From positions 1,142 through 65,141 of the forward strand of contig JBCKBR010000004.1 in assembly GCA_038911065.1 (NCBI GenBank): DNA of 64,000 nucleotides. The letters are read 5' to 3'. The number at the start of each line of letters is the position of its first letter. Positions within the stretch are counted from its first letter, which is position 1. Shown in pieces: positions 58,581-64,000 of this stretch. This DNA is from Gaiellales bacterium (lineage in GTDB: Bacteria > Actinomycetota > Thermoleophilia > Gaiellales > F1-60-MAGs149). The notes under the pieces are model-generated. The model saw nothing but the letters and a program-made list of their open reading frames with translations. It had not been told where the DNA came from and did not search any database. The position numbers and the translations under genes were made by a program.

Positions 58581-59061
58581 GGACGCCCTCCAGTGCAAGC
58601 AGTCGCTGTTTGCGTTGCTGCCCGAGCATGCCGTACCCGCCTATGTCGCCATTCGATCGGATCACACGATGGTACGGCACAATCGCACTCAAGACACCTC
58701 GTCCGCACGTCGCCCCGGCAGCGCGCCAGGCGCGATGCCGACCAGCCAAGCTGGCGATTTCGCCATACGACGCAGTCTCACCGCGCGGAATGGTCCGCAC
58801 GGCGCGTACCACCGCCGCCTCATAATCCGTCAGACCAGCCCAGACGATGGCTGGTTCGCAGTCGATATCGGAGAATGAGTCTGGCTCCCCCGCGTACCAC
58901 GCGCGCAGACGCGAAATCAGCACCTCCACGTCGGCCTCACGAACCGCTACAGGTGCTACGTCCCGACCGGTCCCAGGCTCATCGTGCGCGATCAGCACGC
59001 CCACGTCGTAGTGCAACACCCCAACGCCCCAGCCCTCCACGTCGTACGTCACAACCTTCAT
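58570..59061 (-). CDS. Ogt/MGMT-fold protein lacking the acceptor cysteine (PYHRV); alkyltransferase-like (ATL) candidate
   Basis: The C-terminal domain ...TIPRGETASYGEIASLAGRHRAWRAAG...IVPYHRVIRSNGDIGGYG...RLLALEG aligns to the MGMT signature (I/V)PCHRV(I/V), but with Tyr (TAC, 58672-58674) in place of Cys. Confidence 0.8.
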   Translation of the reverse strand: MKVVTYDVEGWGVGVLHYDVGVLIAHDEPGTGRDVAPVAVREADVEVLISRLRAWYAGEPDSFSDIDCEPAIVWAGLTDYEAAVVRAVRTIPRGETASYGEIASLAGRHRAWRAAGATCGRGVLSAIVPYHRVIRSNGDIGGYGMLGQQRKQRLLALEGVHAR

Positions 59062-60965
59062 GGGGTGGCGTTATCGTGGCGTGTGACTGCATGTCGACCA
59101 CCGCGAGTTGCGGCCGGCGATGGCCCACCCGTACGATGCAGATTCTGGTAGATCAGGAGCGCAGTCTTTGCCGGCAAGCCCGGCACGGCTTCGAGTGCTT
59201 CGGGCCCGGCCGCCATCACCTTGTCGATACTGCCAAAGTGCTGCAGCAACGCTTTGCGTCGTGCCGGACCAACCCCTGGCAGCGTCTCTAGCACCGACAA
59301 GGTCGCGGCGGCGCCCCGTTTGCGCCGGTGTTGGCGCACCGCAAAGCGGTGTGCTTCGTCGCGGATTTGCCGCAGCAGGAGTAGGCCAGGAGACGCGTCG
59401 TCGAGCAAAATCGGCGCACTCTCCCCGGGCACGAAGACCTCCTCGGCGCGTTTGGCAAGACCGATCACATTGACGCGCGGCGCGTCGGCAGCGCGCATCG
59501 CTACTAGCGCAGCATTGAGTTGTCCTTTGCCGCCATCGATCACGATCAGGTCGGGCGCCTGCGAAAACGATGGGTCCTTGACGTCCACTGCAAATCGGGC
59601 GAAGCGCCGCTTGATCGCCTCGCTCATCGAGGCATAGTCGTCGAGTTTGCCGTGGCGTATCCCAAACGACCGGTAGAGATCGTTACGCGCCACTCCCGCC
59701 TCGAACACCACCATCGACGCAACCTGATGTTCGCCCCCGAGTGTCGAAACGTCGTAGCACTCAATCCGTTGTGGTAGGGATGCAAGGCCGAGTACGTCGC
59801 GCAACTCCTCCATCGCATCCGCGCCACGCGTACGGCTCCGCTCGTCGGTTAGTCGGATGCCTGCGATTGACAGATCGGCGTTGCGCTGCGTAAGCTCGAG
59901 TAGGCGACGGCGCTCGCCACGCTGTGGCGTACGCAAGTCCACCGCTGCCCCGCGCCGATCGACGAGCAACGCATGGATCTCGGCGCGCCGTACTACCTCT
60001 GCTGGCACGAGCACCAGTGGTGGCACGGCAGCGCCGCGTCCATAGCGCTCCGCAATTGCGGATTCGACTAACTCGTCCGTTGTCGCTCCGAGCGCGTTTT
60101 CGAAGACGAACTCGACGCGCTCCGTCAGTCGCCCCCCACGCTGCGGCCAGATCTGAACGATTGCCACGTCCACACCTACCGCGACGCCAAAGAAGTCGGC
60201 GTCGCCCGCACCGGCGCGATCCACGATCTGACGCTCGCTGAGCATCTTGACTGCAGCGAGGCGGTTGCGCGCCCGCGCTGCATCCTCGTAGCGCTGCTCG
60301 CTGGAAGCAGTACGCATCTCCTCTTCGAGTTCGAGCCTGACGGTCTTCGTATCGCCTTCCAAAAAACCGATCACACGTTGGATCAGCACCGCATAGTCGG
60401 CTTCGGAGATCTTGCCAATACAGGGTGCAGGACAGCGGCCAATGTGATAATCGAGACACGGCGATCCAGAATGCCGCCCTGGCGTCGGCCCTTCGCAAGG
60501 CCGAAACGGAAAGATGCGGCCCAGCACCTCTAACGTCTCGCGCACTTTGCTCGCGCTCGCGTACGGGCCAAACAGTTTTGCGTTACGACGATCACCGCGG
60601 CGTGTAAACAGCACCCGCGGATAGGCCTCTCCCGTCGTCACCGCAATCATCGGAAACGACTTGTCGTCGCGGAGGCGGACATTAAAGGGTGGCAGGTGTT
60701 GCTTGATCAACGTCTGCTCGAGCAAGAGGGCCTCAGTCTCCGTGCGGGTGATGGTCACATCGATCTCAGCGATCTGCAACACAAGTTCGGCTGTGCGCCG
60801 CTCGAGCGAACGCTCCGGGCGCGCATACGAGCCGACACGTTTGCGTAACGCCTTGGCTTTACCCACGTAGAGCACGTCGCCCGCCTGGTCGCGGTAGATG
60901 TAGATTCCCGGCTCGTTCGGGATCGTCGGTAATCGTTCGCGGATAAGTTCGACACCGATTGCCAT
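59058..60965 (-). CDS. uvrC: Excinuclease ABC subunit C
   Basis: GIY-YIG N-terminus (EPGIYIYRDQAGDVLYVGKAKALRKR), a UVR domain, and a C-terminal (HhH)2. I prefer the ATG 60965 start. Confidence 0.95.
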   Translation of the reverse strand: MAIGVELIRERLPTIPNEPGIYIYRDQAGDVLYVGKAKALRKRVGSYARPERSLERRTAELVLQIAEIDVTITRTETEALLLEQTLIKQHLPPFNVRLRDDKSFPMIAVTTGEAYPRVLFTRRGDRRNAKLFGPYASASKVRETLEVLGRIFPFRPCEGPTPGRHSGSPCLDYHIGRCPAPCIGKISEADYAVLIQRVIGFLEGDTKTVRLELEEEMRTASSEQRYEDAARARNRLAAVKMLSERQIVDRAGAGDADFFGVAVGVDVAIVQIWPQRGGRLTERVEFVFENALGATTDELVESAIAERYGRGAAVPPLVLVPAEVVRRAEIHALLVDRRGAAVDLRTPQRGERRRLLELTQRNADLSIAGIRLTDERSRTRGADAMEELRDVLGLASLPQRIECYDVSTLGGEHQVASMVVFEAGVARNDLYRSFGIRHGKLDDYASMSEAIKRRFARFAVDVKDPSFSQAPDLIVIDGGKGQLNAALVAMRAADAPRVNVIGLAKRAEEVFVPGESAPILLDDASPGLLLLRQIRDEAHRFAVRQHRRKRGAAATLSVLETLPGVGPARRKALLQHFGSIDKVMAAGPEALEAVPGLPAKTALLIYQNLHRTGGPSPAATRGGRHAVTRHDNATP

Positions 60966-61002
60966 CGCTGCATCGTAATGGCGGCGACTGACTCGATGGC
61001 AA

Positions 61003-61392
61003 CTATTCCACGCGCACCGCACCCCGACCACCATCGGCACGAGTGATCGGCTCGGCGCGACTCGAGGCCGTTGGTTGGATTACCGCCGCACGCTGCGAGA
61101 GGGGCAGTGCTATGCGCACGCCAGTGAGCATCACGACGGCCTGGACCGTCGAGCCGCCATAGATCAATTGCAACGTGTCGCCTGGCGCTAGATCGAGACG
61201 CTGCCGCAGGCTCGAGACCGACAGATGTACGGGGAGTGCCACGGCTGCCGTCAAGGCAGCGGTATCTGCCAGACGTTGGGCACGTTCGGCCTGTGCCCGC
61301 GCGCCGAGCAGCGCAAGTGCGATCACCGCAAGCAGTGCTGCCGGTAGGCACAAGAGCAGGACCAGCAGGGTTGCCTGCCCGCGCCGAGTCAT
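61003..61392 (-). CDS. TadE-like pseudopilin (Rv3654c-type)
   Basis: MTRRGQATLLVLLLCLPAALLAV...AQRLADTAALTAAV is an N-terminal RGQA motif plus TM, with the AADxAALAAA-like segment seen in actinobacterial Tad-associated proteins. Confidence 0.55.
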   Translation of the reverse strand: MTRRGQATLLVLLLCLPAALLAVIALALLGARAQAERAQRLADTAALTAAVALPVHLSVSSLRQRLDLAPGDTLQLIYGGSTVQAVVMLTGVRIALPLSQRAAVIQPTASSRAEPITRADGGRGAVRVE

Positions 61393-61676
61393 GGCCGGAC
61401 CCGCTGCGCCACGCCACGGATTGCGCCCCATGGCGCCGACACTGATACTACGATCCGGTCGGGCCTGATCTCAACCAGTCGCGCTCGGCCGTGCAATGCC
61501 GATGCCACGGGCTCGCCTGCGGCATCGGCTAGGATGGCAACCTGCAGCGCTGACTCGACGCGCGCCACCGCCGCAATCCGCAATGCGGCGATTGCAAAGG
61601 CCCCCACACACGCGGCGATGATTGGCGCCAAGATCACGATTTCGATAACCGCCTGACCCCGCTGCCGCCCGATCAT
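61389..61676 (-). CDS. TadE-like pseudopilin
   Basis: MIGRQRGQAVIEIVILAPIIAACVG resembles the TadE N-terminal motif. ATGA overlaps occur at both ends. Confidence 0.55.
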   Translation of the reverse strand: MIGRQRGQAVIEIVILAPIIAACVGAFAIAALRIAAVARVESALQVAILADAAGEPVASALHGRARLVEIRPDRIVVSVSAPWGAIRGVAQRVRP

Positions 61677-61933
61677 GGCTGACGGGACTCGGCTGCTTCT
61701 GCGGGTCGGTCGAGGTGCTGCAGGATCTCGGCACGAATGCCGGGCGGCACGGCCGCACCGGCGGCCTCAAAGCGATCGTGACCACGACTCGCCGCCTGGT
61801 CGGCTGCGACCCGCGCAACCTGCAGTTCGGCAGCGAACCAGACCGTCTTTCCCGCCAGCAAGCCACCTGCGGCGACGGCTCCGACGAGGAGCATCGCGAG
61901 CACGAGCTCGGCACTGGCCTGTCCACGTCGCAT
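61673..61933 (-). CDS. Small pilin/pseudopilin-like protein
   Basis: MRRGQASAELVLAMLLVGAVAAGG is an RGQA motif plus a single TM. The gene is translationally coupled to the next gene. Confidence 0.45.
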   Translation of the reverse strand: MRRGQASAELVLAMLLVGAVAAGGLLAGKTVWFAAELQVARVAADQAASRGHDRFEAAGAAVPPGIRAEILQHLDRPAEAAESRQP

Positions 61934-62026
61934 GGGTCACAGCGTGCAGCTACTCGAGCACGCGCTCGGCGCGCGGTAGTACGCAGGATGCGCGCGTTCC
62001 CGCGCCTCGGGGCGACAGCCTCGAGC

Positions 62027-62386
62027 CTAGTACCAGCCGGCTGTGTCCCGCCAGATACGCCACATCACGTATCCACAACCGCCAATGACCACGAAGAACC
62101 ACAGTGTGGACATCAGCGTCCAAGTGATAAAGAACGAGCCGATCACCACCAACACAATCAGAGCTGCGGCACCATAGAAGAGGAGTTTCCGGCGACCCGT
62201 CAACCATTGCAGTCGCGCACGATTATTACGCCACAACGTGTACGCGAAGTACACGAGGCCCGCGATGATCAGGATGCGGAGCGCCAGCATCATGATGCCT
62301 ACGACGGGACCGGTAAACTGCTGCAGCACCGTAATGCCCAGGGCCAACAGGACGACGATGCTCCAATGGATAAAACGCGTCGACAT
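62027..62386 (-). CDS. Hypothetical small membrane protein (4 TM)
   Basis: Four hydrophobic segments with positive-inside loops. No family recognised. Confidence 0.5.
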   Translation of the reverse strand: MSTRFIHWSIVVLLALGITVLQQFTGPVVGIMMLALRILIIAGLVYFAYTLWRNNRARLQWLTGRRKLLFYGAAALIVLVVIGSFFITWTLMSTLWFFVVIGGCGYVMWRIWRDTAGWY

Positions 62387-62406
62387 GCCGGCAGCCTATC
62401 GCGCCA

Positions 62407-62775
62407 CTAGCCGAGCGCGCCCGAACTCATCCACGCACGCACTGCGAGAGCACAGGCTAAAAGGGCGGCGATCGCAAAAATCAGGATGTTCCGTCGCTGG
62501 TTATCGCGCCTCGCCGAGTAGGCAAAGACCACCATTGCCGCTGGTAACAATCCGTAGACGTAATGCAACTGTTCCGACGCACGCAGGTTCTGGCTCAGCA
62601 GCAAGAGTCCCAACACGGCTTGGCCGACAATCACCGTCTGCGAAGCAGCGAGGACCTGCGCAAACAGCTTGCTCGGCTGGAGTTTTCCCTTGTAGACCAA
62701 GAGTCCCCACACGCCCGCAATCAGATTGATCGCGATAACGAGCACGCCGAGCGCGTAGTGAAGGCCAACGACCAC
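62407..62775 (-). CDS. Hypothetical small membrane protein (4 TM)
   Basis: Four hydrophobic segments. No family recognised. Confidence 0.5.
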   Translation of the reverse strand: MVVGLHYALGVLVIAINLIAGVWGLLVYKGKLQPSKLFAQVLAASQTVIVGQAVLGLLLLSQNLRASEQLHYVYGLLPAAMVVFAYSARRDNQRRNILIFAIAALLACALAVRAWMSSGALG

Positions 62776-62812
62776 TTAGAAAGTATGCGCGACTACGCGT
62801 AAACTTTCGGGC

Positions 62813-63274
62813 ATGAGTCTCTCTATCGGTGACCAAGCACCCCTCTTTACGCTCCCCAACCACGATGGCCAGCCGGTCGAACTGGCGTCCCTGCTGGGCC
62901 GGCGCGTCGTGCTCTACTTCTATCCCAAAGACGACACGCCTGGTTGCACGACACAGGCCTGTGGCATTCGCGACGGCTGGGAGCAGCTCGCGACGTACGG
63001 CCTTGCGCTGTATGGCATCTCGCCGGACTCGCCCGAGCAACACACGAAGTTTCGCGCCAAGTTTGATCTGCCCTTTCCGCTCTTGGCGGATGATGACCAC
63101 GCGGTCGCGGAGGCCTATGGCGTGTGGGTGGAGAAGTCGATGTATGGCAAGAAGTACATGGGTGTTGAGCGCTCTACCTTTCTGATTGGCGCGGACGGCC
63201 GGCTCGAGGCGATCTGGCACAAGGTCAAGCCCGCGGAGCACCTTGAACTTTTGGTTGGGGCGCTGTCCGCCTAG
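62813..63274 (+). CDS. bcp: Thioredoxin-dependent peroxiredoxin Bcp
   Basis: YFYPKDDTPGCTTQAC active-site motif. There is no SD, and TAAACT sits at -13..-8. Confidence 0.9.
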   Translation: MSLSIGDQAPLFTLPNHDGQPVELASLLGRRVVLYFYPKDDTPGCTTQACGIRDGWEQLATYGLALYGISPDSPEQHTKFRAKFDLPFPLLADDDHAVAEAYGVWVEKSMYGKKYMGVERSTFLIGADGRLEAIWHKVKPAEHLELLVGALSA

Positions 63275-63276
63275 AC

Positions 63277-64000
63277 ATGCCGATTGCGTCGCCCACCAAC
63301 GGCCCCCTCAAAGGCATTCGCGTGCTGGACCTCTCGCGCGTGCTGGCGGGCCCGTACTGCGCGATGATCCTCGCCGACCTCGGTGCCGAGATCATCAAGG
63401 TCGAGCGGCCAGATGGCGGAGACATCACCCGCGCCTGGGGGCCCCCGTGGGCGGGCGGTGAGGCGACATATTACCTGTCAACAAATCGCGGCAAGCGCTC
63501 GATCACCATTGACCTACGCAATCCAGAGGGGATTGCGGTGGCAAAGCGACTGGCAGAAACATGCGACGTCGTAATCGAGAATTTTATCCCCGGAGGTGCC
63601 GAAAAGCTCGGACTCGGCTTCGAGACGCTGCGTGCCGACAATCCCACGCTCGTGTACTGCTCAATTAGTGGCTATCCCCACGACAGTCCAGAGGCGATGC
63701 TGCCGGGCTTTGATTTCGCGATCCAAGCCGAGGGTGGGATCATGAGCATCACCGGCGCAGAGGATGGCCCACCGATGAAGGTTGGTGTGGCGATTGCGGA
63801 TCTAACTTCGGGCATGTATGCCGCCAACGGCATCCTTGCCGCCCTCTATGCGGTCCAAGCCGGCGGCAGCGGCAGTCGCGTGCAGGTGTCCCTGCTCGAC
63901 GCACAATTGGCATGGCTCGCAAACCGTGGCACCGAGGCTTCCATCGCGGGCATCACGCCGCTCCCCCTTGGTAATGCGCACCCGTCGGTCGTGCCCTACG
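63277..64000 (+). CDS. Family III CoA-transferase (CaiB/BaiF type), 3' end cut by window edge
   Basis: Not in the ORF track because no stop falls in the window. My own translation gives MPIASPTNGPLKGIRVLDLSRVLAGPYCAMILADLGAEIIKVERPDGGD...VIENFIPGG...GVAIADLTSGMYA, a typical family-III signature with a catalytic-Asp region. Confidence 0.85.
   Translation, partial: MPIASPTNGPLKGIRVLDLSRVLAGPYCAMILADLGAEIIKVERPDGGDITRAWGPPWAGGEATYYLSTNRGKRSITIDLRNPEGIAVAKRLAETCDVVIENFIPGGAEKLGLGFETLRADNPTLVYCSISGYPHDSPEAMLPGFDFAIQAEGGIMSITGAEDGPPMKVGVAIADLTSGMYAANGILAALYAVQAGGSGSRVQVSLLDAQLAWLANRGTEASIAGITPLPLGNAHPSVVPY

Noticed and set aside
60755-61417. 220-aa minus-strand ORF overlapping the uvrC start and the TadE-like gene.
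   Set aside because: It is an alternative frame of two better-supported genes, with Arg/Ser/Ala-rich composition and no motif.
62501-63241. 246-aa minus-strand ORF across bcp and the membrane-protein gene.
   Set aside because: It is Arg-rich shadow sequence, antisense to bcp, which has the PGCT peroxiredoxin active site.

Overview
High-GC (~62-64% by eye) bacterial chromosomal segment. It looks most like an Actinomycetota-type organism: a uvrC-yvcK-whiA-gap-pgk-tpiA block, TadE-like 'RGQA' pseudopilins, adjacent ftsQ-ftsZ, and many operon-head genes with no Shine-Dalgarno but a TANNNT hexamer 7-8 nt before the start codon, suggesting leaderless mRNAs. The taxon call is inference only. Left ~37 kb is accessory and catabolic. 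(i) nt 1-14033 is a ~14 kb translationally coupled operon: CUT1 ABC importer, Cys4 mini-ORF, HyuA/HyuB (ATP-dependent cyclic-amide hydrolase type), DapA-family lyase, SDR, a 673-aa unknown protein, two dehydrogenases, and the transporter ATPase last. (ii) nt 14036-14627 is IS3-type debris at the island junction. (iii) nt 14656-26891 is a minus-strand cluster: GAF-LuxR regulator, amidase, M20 peptidase, Liv-type ABC system, HDAC-fold amidohydrolase, Gfo/Idh/MocA oxidoreductase, TIM-barrel isomerase and VOC protein. (iv) nt 27134-36273 holds an RraA-like protein, a creatininase-family protein, an ATP-NAD-kinase-like protein, a divergent GcvPA/GcvPB pair, a D-threonine-aldolase/D-serine-deaminase-like PLP enzyme, an SDR and a D-aminoacylase. 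Right ~27 kb is mostly core: uvrB, a pentapeptide-repeat protein, lysA, argH, ftsZ, ftsQ, tRNA-Gly(CCC), ahcY, argS, rlmH, gpmI-tpiA-pgk-gap, whiA, yvcK, uvrC, three TadE-like genes, bcp and a truncated family-III CoA-transferase. The observations I rate highest are: an Ogt-fold protein whose acceptor cysteine is tyrosine (PYHRV), sitting in the usual rapZ slot and translationally coupled to uvrC; a 32-bp perfect-palindrome repeat family (3 copies); two divergent genes whose start codons are 17 bp apart and share one palindromic -10 element; and the two unusual catabolic operons (HyuAB/Cys4/673-aa unknown, and the orphan divergent GcvP-like cluster). No rRNA, CRISPR or intact mobile element was seen. 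All homology statements come from reading the translations; no database search was possible.
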